Assembly: GCA_965195285.1 (NCBI GenBank) | Contig: CBDAFS010000055.1 | Location: 61,728-125,727, forward strand | DNA length: 64,000 nucleotides | Source of the DNA: an uncultured Aminicenantes bacterium | Lineage (GTDB): Bacteria > Acidobacteriota > Aminicenantia > UBA2199 | Reading direction: 5' to 3' | Part shown: positions 19,503-28,491 of the stretch, one piece after another | Layout: each line of letters begins with the position of its first letter | How positions within the stretch are numbered: position 1 is the first letter of the stretch | Position numbers and translations under genes: made by a program | Notes under the pieces: generated by a model | Told to the model about the DNA's origin: nothing | The model's database searches: none | The model's input: the letters and a program-made list of their open reading frames with translations, nothing else

Positions 19503-20840
19503 ATGGATGACAAAAAGCAATTCACCTGTGACTGGATTTTCAATACCCTGGTGGTGCTGTGCGACGGTAAGGTGGTCTGCGGCTGTGCCGATCCAAACGG
19601 TGAACGCCCATTAGGCGATCTCAAAGATGAAAGCCTTCAGTCCATCTGGAAATCAGACCGGGTTCAAAACATCCGCCAAGGATTAAACCGGGGATATGCA
19701 CCCTTTTGCCTGGATTGCGGACTGAAAAGATTCCTGGAACCGGGTGAGACCATTCCCCAGAGACCGGTTCAACCGGAGACCATCCCCAGGGTTTTCATCG
19801 AACCCACGGTTTTGTGCAACCTGTCCTGCTTCGGGTCCGTATGCTCAAAAGAATCGGGAATCATCGATACCCGGTCCCGGATGCATTTACCCTTGGATAC
19901 ATTTATCCGGATAATCGATGAGATCGGACCTACCCTGGTCAGACTGGATCTGTTCAATTACGGAGAACCCTTTCTGAATCCTCAGGTCCTGAACATGATT
20001 GAATATGTCAAAGAAAAATACCCCGGAGTCTATCTGTATATCAGTACCAATGGCCTGATACTGAACCGGAATAAAATCCAGAGGATTGTCCGAGCCGGAG
20101 TGGATGAATTTACCTTTTCGGTTGATGGCGCTGACCAGGAAACCTACGAAAAGTACCGCTGCCGCGGTAATTTCAACCAGGTGCTCCGTAACATGCGGAT
20201 ATTTGTTGAAGAAAGGAACAAATCCGGCAGGGAAGTTCCCCACATCAACTGGCGCTGCATTCTGTTCAAATGGAACGATTCCAGACAGCATATGAAAAAA
20301 ATCAAGAAATTGGCCGAACAAACCGGGGTAGACCGGTTTACCTGGGAGATCACCGATCATCCCAAAGAGGGTATTTCCGCTAAATATCAGATCGGAACCC
20401 GGCATTGGAAGGAAATTTTCTACGAAATTTGGGATACCAGCGGTATCAGCAATGCCATAAAAAACAAAGGTTTTTCAGCCAGGATCAGGGTATTGTCATC
20501 CCCGATCCGGGCCCAGGCTGCCCAATCCACACCGGTGCGAGTCAAGGTAAAAAATATCGGCGGTGCACTCTGGCCGGACCGCACCCATTCGGGAAGGCGC
20601 CTCATTCGGCTGGGTGCCCAGTTATTTGATCCTGACCGGAAGATGATCGAATTGAATTATGCCCGGGCTTTTCTTCCCCACCCGCTGGTTGCTCATAAAT
20701 CGGTGGTACTCAATATCGAATTGCCGCCATTGAACCGGACCGGAGAATTCTGGTTGAAATTCGATATGGTTTCAGAGGGAGTTGACTGGTTTGAACCGGC
20801 CGGTTCCAAAGTGGTCTGGACAAAATTCACTGTCACATGA
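19503..20840 (+). CDS. Radical SAM protein with N-terminal SPASM/Twitch-like domain and C-terminal Ig-like domain
   Basis: N-terminal C..VLCDGKVVCGC..LGDL...SIW...CLDC; CNLSCFGSVC, YGEPFL, STNG and SVDG core; beta-rich tail VKVKNIG..W...FDMVSEGVDWF. Confidence 0.8.
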   Translation: MDDKKQFTCDWIFNTLVVLCDGKVVCGCADPNGERPLGDLKDESLQSIWKSDRVQNIRQGLNRGYAPFCLDCGLKRFLEPGETIPQRPVQPETIPRVFIEPTVLCNLSCFGSVCSKESGIIDTRSRMHLPLDTFIRIIDEIGPTLVRLDLFNYGEPFLNPQVLNMIEYVKEKYPGVYLYISTNGLILNRNKIQRIVRAGVDEFTFSVDGADQETYEKYRCRGNFNQVLRNMRIFVEERNKSGREVPHINWRCILFKWNDSRQHMKKIKKLAEQTGVDRFTWEITDHPKEGISAKYQIGTRHWKEIFYEIWDTSGISNAIKNKGFSARIRVLSSPIRAQAAQSTPVRVKVKNIGGALWPDRTHSGRRLIRLGAQLFDPDRKMIELNYARAFLPHPLVAHKSVVLNIELPPLNRTGEFWLKFDMVSEGVDWFEPAGSKVVWTKFTVT

Positions 20841-20911
20841 ATACTTAAAATCAGATTGACATCCGGGTCCAATCCTTGACAGGATTGGACTATTCTTATA
20901 CAATTCAGACC

Positions 20912-21448
20912 ATGGTTGCCACCGGTTTCAAGCCATATTTCAAATCCATTTTTCTGCATATTCTGGCAGCCATTGTGATCCTTTTTTTACTGGTGAATTT
21001 TATTGCCACCACTGTAAAAATCAAGGGTTCATCGATGCAACCCATTCTCCAGGACCAGGAGAGAATTATCATTTTAAAACTGGGCCTGGCAAAAAACCAT
21101 ATTGATCGATTCGATATCATTGTTTTTTCCATCCCGGATATAACCCACAAAAAGTTGATCAAAAGGGTGATCGGCCTTCCCAATGAACATATAGAAATCA
21201 AGACAGGGGAAATCTATATCAATAACCGGGTACTGAAACAGACCGTCAGCTCTGTTTCCACCAACACGAGTGCGGGTTCAATCTCCATGAAACCGATTCG
21301 GATACCGGAGAATCACTATTTTGTCATCGGAGATAACCCCTGCATGAGCCAGGATTCCCGGGAATTCGGATTGATTCCCAGAACCAATATAATCGGGAAG
21401 GCCATCCTGCGCTACTGGCCCTTTTCACGATTCGGCAAAATTTCATGA
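20912..21448 (+). CDS. lepB: Signal peptidase I
   Basis: GSSMQP Ser, LIKRVIGLP Lys and GDN..SQDSR motifs. Start placed at ATG 20912 behind TTGACA-N17-TACAAT. Confidence 0.9.
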   Translation: MVATGFKPYFKSIFLHILAAIVILFLLVNFIATTVKIKGSSMQPILQDQERIIILKLGLAKNHIDRFDIIVFSIPDITHKKLIKRVIGLPNEHIEIKTGEIYINNRVLKQTVSSVSTNTSAGSISMKPIRIPENHYFVIGDNPCMSQDSREFGLIPRTNIIGKAILRYWPFSRFGKIS

Positions 21449-22764
21449 GAAAATCAGGCTCACTGTTTTTAATAAGCACTTTTCTATCCGCCATTCTCAT
21501 CGGCACCCTGCTGCTCATGTTGCCGTTTTCCACTCAGGGCCGTTCCATAAGCCTCGAAAATGCCCTGTTCACTTCCGCCTCTGCAGTTACTGTCACCGGC
21601 CTGATTGTGGTGGATACATCGAGTTATTTTACCTTTTTCGGAAAACTGGTCATCCTGATCCTGATGCAATTCGGGGGGCTGGGATTCATGACGGTTTCAA
21701 CCCTCATCATCCTGCTGGTGGGGAAAAGCATTTCGCTGTCCGATAAATTTCGGATTGAAAATGAATTCACATCCGGTCATTACAAGAATATCGCCGAATT
21801 GGTCAAAAAAATCTTTTTCATGACCGTCATCTTTGAGGCTGCCGGCTCCATGATTCTATTTTTCCAGTTTTCGGAACTGGCCTTGAAAGAGCGAATCTTC
21901 AGTTCGGTCTTTCATTCGATTTCAGCATTCTGCAATGCCGGTTTTTCGGTTTTCGGAAACAGTTTCGAATCTTATCACTCCCGAACCGGTATAAATGTCA
22001 CCCTGATGGTATTGATCATTGCCGGTGGAATTGGCTTTCTGGTGCTAAATGAAATATATTTACTGGGCCGGGGCAAAATAAAGAAAATATCCAGGCTCTC
22101 CCTTCATTCCAAACTGGTCATCATTACCAGCCTGCTGTTGATCGTTATTGGTTTTGGACTCATATTAATCGAAGAACTTTTGAACAAAAGCAATACCCTG
22201 CCCCTGAAAACCAAAATTCTTACTTCGCTTTTTCAGTCTGTTACCGCCAGGACTGCCGGTTTCAACACCGTCAATCTAAACCTGTATGCCTCAGCCTCGG
22301 TATTTATCCTATTAACACTGATGTTTATCGGTGCCTCTCCGGGATCAACCGGAGGGGGAGTCAAAACCTCCTCCCTGGGAATGGTTTTTGCCTATCTGCG
22401 TTCACGGATACGCAACCGGGAGAACATTGACCTCTTTTACCGCCATATCCCCTCCAAGACCATTGAAAAATCGTTCATGGTCATATTCCTGGCCCTGTCA
22501 CTTATCTGTCTGTCATTTGTGTTGCTGCTCAGTTTCGAAAAAGAATTTAAGGTGATTGAACTGCTGTTTGAAACCATATCGGCTTTCGGTACCGTGGGAT
22601 TGAGCATGGGGGTTACCGCCAAGCTGTCCCTGGCTTCCAAAATTATCATCATCATCACCATGTTCATCGGAAGGATCGGGCCGCTTACAATTCTGGTGGC
22701 CCTGAGCCGAAGAGAATCCAAAGCAGACTATCAATATCCGGAAGAAAATATTATGATCGGATAG
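21445..22764 (+). CDS. Ktr/Trk potassium uptake membrane subunit (KtrB/TrkH family)
   Basis: SAVTVTGL, SAFCNAGF, ARTAGF and SAFGTVGLS pore motifs. Confidence 0.92.
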   Translation: MRKSGSLFLISTFLSAILIGTLLLMLPFSTQGRSISLENALFTSASAVTVTGLIVVDTSSYFTFFGKLVILILMQFGGLGFMTVSTLIILLVGKSISLSDKFRIENEFTSGHYKNIAELVKKIFFMTVIFEAAGSMILFFQFSELALKERIFSSVFHSISAFCNAGFSVFGNSFESYHSRTGINVTLMVLIIAGGIGFLVLNEIYLLGRGKIKKISRLSLHSKLVIITSLLLIVIGFGLILIEELLNKSNTLPLKTKILTSLFQSVTARTAGFNTVNLNLYASASVFILLTLMFIGASPGSTGGGVKTSSLGMVFAYLRSRIRNRENIDLFYRHIPSKTIEKSFMVIFLALSLICLSFVLLLSFEKEFKVIELLFETISAFGTVGLSMGVTAKLSLASKIIIIITMFIGRIGPLTILVALSRRESKADYQYPEENIMIG

Positions 22765-22799
22765 TGTAAATCCATAAATTTGAGCAAAGAGGAGGATGT

Positions 22800-23462
22800 A
22801 TGAAAAAATTTGCGATCATCGGATTGAGTAGTTTCGGCCTCAACATCGTAAAAACCCTGGCTCAGAAGAACGTGGAAATCCTGGCCATCGACAAGGATGA
22901 GAACAAGGTGAAGGAAATAAAGGATATCGTTAATCAGGCCATTACCATGGATGCCTCCAACAAGGAAAACCTCTCTTCGGTCGGTATTACGGAAATGGAT
23001 TTTGTAATCGTGAGCACCGGCCCCTCCCTGGAACCGAGTATACTGACAGTTCATATTCTCAAAGAACTGGGTGTGAAGAAGATCATTGCCAAGGCCCTGT
23101 CCGAAGACCATGAAAAAATTCTCAACCTGGTCGGCGCCACCGAAGTCTCTTTCCCGGAAAGGGATGTGGCCATCAAAATCGGAAACCGGCTGACCTTCAG
23201 CAACCTTCTTGATTATCTGCCCCTTGAATCCGGCTTTGTTATACAGGAAATTGCACCACCGGATTCATTTATCGGAAAAACCCTGGCAGAAATTCACCTC
23301 CGGAAGAAACACAACATAACAGTGGTAGCCATCAAATCCATTATCCCGGAAAAAACCATTCCCAATCCGGGCGGAGATTTTCTGGTTAAGGAAAGTGATA
23401 TTCTTATTGTGCTCGGCAGCACGGAAGACATTGAAAAATTTCAAAAAAAATTAAATCAATAA
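22800..23462 (+). CDS. Ktr/Trk RCK regulatory subunit (KtrA/TrkA family)
   Basis: IIGLSSFG nucleotide-binding fold, FPERD and C-terminal RCK_C domain. Confidence 0.9.
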   Translation: MKKFAIIGLSSFGLNIVKTLAQKNVEILAIDKDENKVKEIKDIVNQAITMDASNKENLSSVGITEMDFVIVSTGPSLEPSILTVHILKELGVKKIIAKALSEDHEKILNLVGATEVSFPERDVAIKIGNRLTFSNLLDYLPLESGFVIQEIAPPDSFIGKTLAEIHLRKKHNITVVAIKSIIPEKTIPNPGGDFLVKESDILIVLGSTEDIEKFQKKLNQ

Positions 23463-23504
23463 TACCCCTCCTGAGCAATAAGCTGCCCAAAAGGACATTT
23501 TATT

Positions 23505-25658
23505 CTATCGATTAATGCCCAGCAAATCCAGCATAAAAACGTATTCCATGGCAGTTTCTTTATACCGTCTGAATCTGCCCGAGACTCCGCCATGACCGGC
23601 TTCCATATTAATTTGTAATAGTATTTTATTCCGGCTGGTGTTCATTTCACGTAATTTTTGAATCCATTTGACCGGCTCAAAGTACTGGACCTGGGAATCA
23701 TGCAAACCGGTGGTTACCAGCATAGCAGGATAGGGTTTGGCTTCCACGTTGTCATATGGAGAATAGGATAACATATATTCATAATAATCTTTCTGTCTCG
23801 GATCACCCCATTCATCGAATTCGGCTGTTGTCAGGGGGATACTATCATCCAGCATGGTGGTCACCACATCCACCCACGGAACACCGGCAATAATTCCTCT
23901 GAATAGCTCAGGCTCCATATTAACCACGGCTCCCATCAACAAACCTCCGGCACTTCCCCCCATGGCAAACAATTTCTCTGAACACGTATATTTTTCTTGA
24001 ATTAAATATTTAGCACAATCAATAAAATCATAAAAGGTGTTTTTCTTTTTTAACAGCTTTCCATCTTCATACCACTGCCTGCCCATTTCCTGCCCACCCC
24101 GGATATGGGCAATGGCAAAAATAAATCCCCGGTCCAAAAGACTCAACCGAACCGAACTGAAATAGGGATCCATGCTTGCTCCATATGACCCGTAACCGTA
24201 AAGTAACAGAGGATTTTTTCCATTTCTTGTCATTCCCTTTTTATATACCAGTGAGACAGGAACCCGGGTGTTATCCCTGACCGCTACATTGAACCTCTCG
24301 CCATGATAATTTCCAGGATCAAAATCTCCAACAATCTCCTCTTGTTTAAGGAGTTTTTGCTTTCGGGTATTCATATTATAATCAAAAATGGATTTCGGTG
24401 TGGTAAGAGATGTATAGCCATACCTTAACACATCGGTCTCGAATTCGGGATTTGTGGAGATATATGACATGTAAGCATCTTCTCCAAACCTGATATAGTG
24501 ATCTCCTTTTCCATCCCATTTCTTTACTCTTAACTGCCGCAATCCCTCTTTTCTCTCACCTAAAACCAGAAAGTTCTTGAATATTTCAAAATTCATTAAC
24601 TGGACATCATCACGATGGGAAATGACATCCAGCCAGTTCTCCTTTGATGGTGAGGCAATGGGTGCCTTGATCAATTTGAAGTTTTTGGCCCGGTAATTGG
24701 TACAGATATAAAAATAATCCCCATACTGGTCGACATCATATTCCAGGTTTTTTTCACGCCTTTGAATAACCTTGAATTGATCATCGGGGTAATCTGCATT
24801 GATAAACCGATATTCAGATGATAAAGTATGGAATGAGCCGATAAAAATGTATTTTCTGGATTTGGACTTAAATACATAAGTGGCGAAAGTGGGATCCTTT
24901 TCATGAAATATCTCCCTGTCATGTGAAACATCGGTTCCTATAACATGCTTAATAATTTTGTAAGATCTTAAGGTATTATCCTTCATGGAATAAAAAACCG
25001 TTTTGTTGTCATTGGCCCAGGCGGCTCTCCCGGTGGTATTGATCAGTTCATCCTTCAATATTTCACCGGATTTAAGATTCTTAAAATAAATCTTATATTT
25101 CCGCCTGCTTACCGTATCAACCCCAAAGGCCAGCATATTATTGTCGGGGCTGACTGAATGCCCGGCTACATGAAAGAAATCATAATCCCTGGCCATCTCA
25201 TTCACATCCAGAAGTATTTCTTCCTTATTCTTTAAATTTCCCTTCTTTCGGCAGTAAATGGGATACTCCTCTTCTCCTTTATAGCGTTGATAATAATAAT
25301 ATCCCTGGTATTTATAGGGTACGGACATGTCGGTTTTCTTAATCCTTCCCACGATCTCATCATAGAGTTTCGTTTGCAGCGCTTCGGCAGGTTTTAAAAC
25401 CGAATCTTTATACCAATTCTCCGCTTGCAGGTGTTTGATAACTTCAGGATTCTCCCTTTGATTCAACCAGTAATAATAATCAATCCGGGTATGCCCGTGG
25501 ATAGTCAATTCTTTCTTGATTTTTTTGACTATCGGCGGTGCAATCTCTTTTTCATTTTTATTTTTCTGAGAATAACCCAGGCCAAAAAACAAAATGAAAA
25601 TAGCGGTCATAATAAAAATATGACCCGTCAATCTCTGAAAAGTCTTATGATAATTCAT
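23505..25658 (-). CDS. ptrB: Oligopeptidase B (S9A), with signal peptide
   Basis: DYYYWL, YGYGSYG, GGSAGG, HDSQV and AGHGG motifs. Start moved to MNYHK behind GGAGG. Confidence 0.9.
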   Translation of the reverse strand: MNYHKTFQRLTGHIFIMTAIFILFFGLGYSQKNKNEKEIAPPIVKKIKKELTIHGHTRIDYYYWLNQRENPEVIKHLQAENWYKDSVLKPAEALQTKLYDEIVGRIKKTDMSVPYKYQGYYYYQRYKGEEEYPIYCRKKGNLKNKEEILLDVNEMARDYDFFHVAGHSVSPDNNMLAFGVDTVSRRKYKIYFKNLKSGEILKDELINTTGRAAWANDNKTVFYSMKDNTLRSYKIIKHVIGTDVSHDREIFHEKDPTFATYVFKSKSRKYIFIGSFHTLSSEYRFINADYPDDQFKVIQRREKNLEYDVDQYGDYFYICTNYRAKNFKLIKAPIASPSKENWLDVISHRDDVQLMNFEIFKNFLVLGERKEGLRQLRVKKWDGKGDHYIRFGEDAYMSYISTNPEFETDVLRYGYTSLTTPKSIFDYNMNTRKQKLLKQEEIVGDFDPGNYHGERFNVAVRDNTRVPVSLVYKKGMTRNGKNPLLLYGYGSYGASMDPYFSSVRLSLLDRGFIFAIAHIRGGQEMGRQWYEDGKLLKKKNTFYDFIDCAKYLIQEKYTCSEKLFAMGGSAGGLLMGAVVNMEPELFRGIIAGVPWVDVVTTMLDDSIPLTTAEFDEWGDPRQKDYYEYMLSYSPYDNVEAKPYPAMLVTTGLHDSQVQYFEPVKWIQKLREMNTSRNKILLQINMEAGHGGVSGRFRRYKETAMEYVFMLDLLGINR

Positions 25659-25680
25659 ATAACCCTCCTTTTTATTTTTA

Positions 25681-26670
25681 TCATTTATAATATTCTTTAA
25701 GTATCTCATCCATCACCCGGTTGGTTCGGGCCGCAGAAATCCCGGTGCTGGGACACGATCCCCGGCCCATCAGTTCATCCACCACCGAAGTGATTAACGG
25801 TTGCTGAATATGCCTGGGATTGATCCGTCGGTACCGCTGACTGACCTTCCCCCGTTTCCACAGAACCGGGGAAAAATCAAAAGTCGAGAATACAATTTTC
25901 CCCTCACTGCCGACAATTTCAATCCGATCGGTTTCATTGGCCCGGGGTGCGGCAAAACACCAGCTTCCACAGCCAGAGATACCCGATCTAAAACAAAAAC
26001 TGGCATTGACCGTATCCTCGGCCCGATACCAGCCTGCCTGATTGGAAACCATGGATTTGACCGTAGCAATCGGTCCCAGCAAATGATCCAGCAAATCCAG
26101 TTGATGGGAACCCAGATCCACAAACAGGCCCCCTCCGGATATCTCCGGAATATACCGCCAGGGCAGATGTTCAGGGTCCGGCTTTTTTTCGGGCAGGGCA
26201 CGCCATAATTTCAGCTGCACCAATCGAATATCCCCGATAGCACCCTGGAGCAAGAGGGAATTGACTTTCTGGAAATAGGGAAGGCAGCGACGATAGTAGG
26301 CTACAAAAAGTTTGACCCCGGACCGTTCCGCGGCCCGAATCATTTCCCGGCATTCCCGGTAATTCAAGGCCATGGGCTTTTCCACATAGACATGTTTCCC
26401 CGCATTGGCGGCCATAATAGCATATTTGGCATGAGATGAAGGTGGAGTGGCGATATATATGGTATCAACTTCGGGATCGGCAATTAATTTTTCTGCATCA
26501 TCATACCAGGACGGCACTCCATGGCAGCGAGCATAATCACGGGCCCGGGCCGCATTCCGACTCATAACCGCCACCAGCCTGGAATCCCTGACCCGGTTGA
26601 AGGCCGGACCGCTTTTCTTCTCGGTCACACTGCCGCAACCGATCATTCCCCAATTGACCTGTCTCATCAT
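25681..26670 (-). CDS. Gfo/Idh/MocA family oxidoreductase
   Basis: GMIGCG, YIATPP, VEKP and DLGSHQLD motifs. Confidence 0.9.
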   Translation of the reverse strand: MMRQVNWGMIGCGSVTEKKSGPAFNRVRDSRLVAVMSRNAARARDYARCHGVPSWYDDAEKLIADPEVDTIYIATPPSSHAKYAIMAANAGKHVYVEKPMALNYRECREMIRAAERSGVKLFVAYYRRCLPYFQKVNSLLLQGAIGDIRLVQLKLWRALPEKKPDPEHLPWRYIPEISGGGLFVDLGSHQLDLLDHLLGPIATVKSMVSNQAGWYRAEDTVNASFCFRSGISGCGSWCFAAPRANETDRIEIVGSEGKIVFSTFDFSPVLWKRGKVSQRYRRINPRHIQQPLITSVVDELMGRGSCPSTGISAARTNRVMDEILKEYYK

Positions 26671-26708
26671 TCACCTGTTGCTAACAATGGAAAAGGAAAG
26701 AGAGATCA

Positions 26709-28394
26709 TCATCGGATGGATCTTACCGGGCGGACTGAAACATGAAGCCAGGGGGGATAGGTGAACAAACCCGCCTGTCCCTTGTAATTAAAAAGAATCA
26801 CATAGTAACGCTGGTCTTGCTGTATATCTCCGGTCCAGAGATGCCGCTGGTTGGGTGAAAATATCGGGTCAATATACAGATCGCCATTGCTCTTCCGGTT
26901 CTCAACCAGGCTGGCTCCCTCCTCCAGTGTGGGGAGCCTCCAGTCATGAAAACCCGCATATCCCTTCTGGTTAAAGTTTCGTAACCACTTGCCGGCATTC
27001 TCAAAAACCATGCTATCCGGGGATCCGGCCTGATGCCACATCAAACCGGTAGCCAGATCAACCACCACCCGGTCATTCCCGATCTTCCTCAACTGAAATT
27101 TGTTTTTAAACTGGCCGGTTTTATTGGCAGCGCTATCATAAAAACCGTACTTTTTCAATACGGACCGGGCAGCTTTTTTGGATACCGTCTGATAACGTGA
27201 ACGAAAACGGCGTCCCGGCCAGGAGGGCGTCCTGGGTTTTGGCTGCTTTTCCACGGCTGTTTTTCGGGCAGTTTTCTTTTTGATCGGGGTCGGTTCGCTT
27301 TTACCCGGCCCGGGTACGGACTGCCAGTAGCGAATTCTGGTTTCCGAATAGGCCCGTAACTGCTCATCCTGTTCGCTATAGGGATTGTTTTGATTGAAAT
27401 TTTTCAATATTTTTTCCCAGGCCTTCTTCTTGGTTTCTGAGGAAATCACCGCATCCCCATCAATTTTCTTCATCGTCTCAACATTCTGAACCATTTTTTC
27501 CTGCCAGTTCCTCCAGGCGGCTTCCCGTTTCAGTTTTTCCAGGTCAAGCTCAGGGGGATCGGCCGGCAGAGTCGGTTTTTTATCATAAAAATAAAAGTTC
27601 CCCATCAAGGACGATGATTCCCAGGGTATCTGGGCACCCCGGGTCTCAGCCGATACCCCCCTTCTCACCTGGCGCAGCAGATGGGCAATCTCAAGTTCGC
27701 TCTCCCGGATCACCCGGATGAGATGTTTGGTAAAAATGCCATTGCGGCCCTGTCCATCCGCTGCAGTTTTTCCCGGACTAGTTGAATAAACGATCAGACT
27801 GCCCCGGGGGGCATCCATCCGGGCTAAACCCCGGGTTCCGGAACGGAAGCTACGGGCAAAGGGATTATCCCGGCAAGCATCCAGGATCAGTATGTTCAAT
27901 TTATTCCCTGCCGCCTCCATCTTGCTCAGAATAAAATTGGCATCAACTGCCTTGAACTTGATCTCATCTTCTGCCAGAATTTTTGAATCCACCGGTATCA
28001 GGTAGTTCACGCCGTCGACCTGCATCCCGTGACCGGCATAATAAAAAAGCCCGATACCGCCCCGGCTGATTTTCTTCCCGAACCTACGGATGGCTGTTTC
28101 CATCAGCTGGTGGCCTGCATTTTTATATACACTGACTTCAAAACCACAATCCTCGAGCAGATCAGCCATATCACTGGCATCATGAACCGGGTTTTTCAGT
28201 AAAGCGGTCTTGTAGTCACCGTTGCCAATCACCAGGGCATAACGTTCTGAACCCCCGGGTTGGATCAATTCAACTCCGCGCCGGGTTTTGTCAAGCAGAC
28301 TATCGGTCCGGTCTTTATCTCCGGACTGACCGCAGGCAGCCCAAAACACCAGTAAAAACAACAGGGAAAATACTCTACGGATGGTTTTTGACAT
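26709..28394 (-). CDS. Lipoprotein with caspase-like (C14) domain and C-terminal DUF1566/Lcl domain
   Basis: WAAC lipobox; YAGHG and LDACRDNP catalytic dyad; DLATGLMW, WRLPTLEE and VRPVR of DUF1566. Confidence 0.85.
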   Translation of the reverse strand: MSKTIRRVFSLLFLLVFWAACGQSGDKDRTDSLLDKTRRGVELIQPGGSERYALVIGNGDYKTALLKNPVHDASDMADLLEDCGFEVSVYKNAGHQLMETAIRRFGKKISRGGIGLFYYAGHGMQVDGVNYLIPVDSKILAEDEIKFKAVDANFILSKMEAAGNKLNILILDACRDNPFARSFRSGTRGLARMDAPRGSLIVYSTSPGKTAADGQGRNGIFTKHLIRVIRESELEIAHLLRQVRRGVSAETRGAQIPWESSSLMGNFYFYDKKPTLPADPPELDLEKLKREAAWRNWQEKMVQNVETMKKIDGDAVISSETKKKAWEKILKNFNQNNPYSEQDEQLRAYSETRIRYWQSVPGPGKSEPTPIKKKTARKTAVEKQPKPRTPSWPGRRFRSRYQTVSKKAARSVLKKYGFYDSAANKTGQFKNKFQLRKIGNDRVVVDLATGLMWHQAGSPDSMVFENAGKWLRNFNQKGYAGFHDWRLPTLEEGASLVENRKSNGDLYIDPIFSPNQRHLWTGDIQQDQRYYVILFNYKGQAGLFTYPPWLHVSVRPVRSIR

Positions 28395-28491
28395 GACCCG
28401 ATACTCCTTGTTCTTTGATCGAACTCTATTCCATTTTAAAAAAGGAAAAACAAAATGTCAATTGCAGAACGGAACCGGTAACCTCTGGGAG

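Noticed and set aside
26709-26850. Complete DGR
   Set aside because: No reverse transcriptase or template repeat seen in the window.
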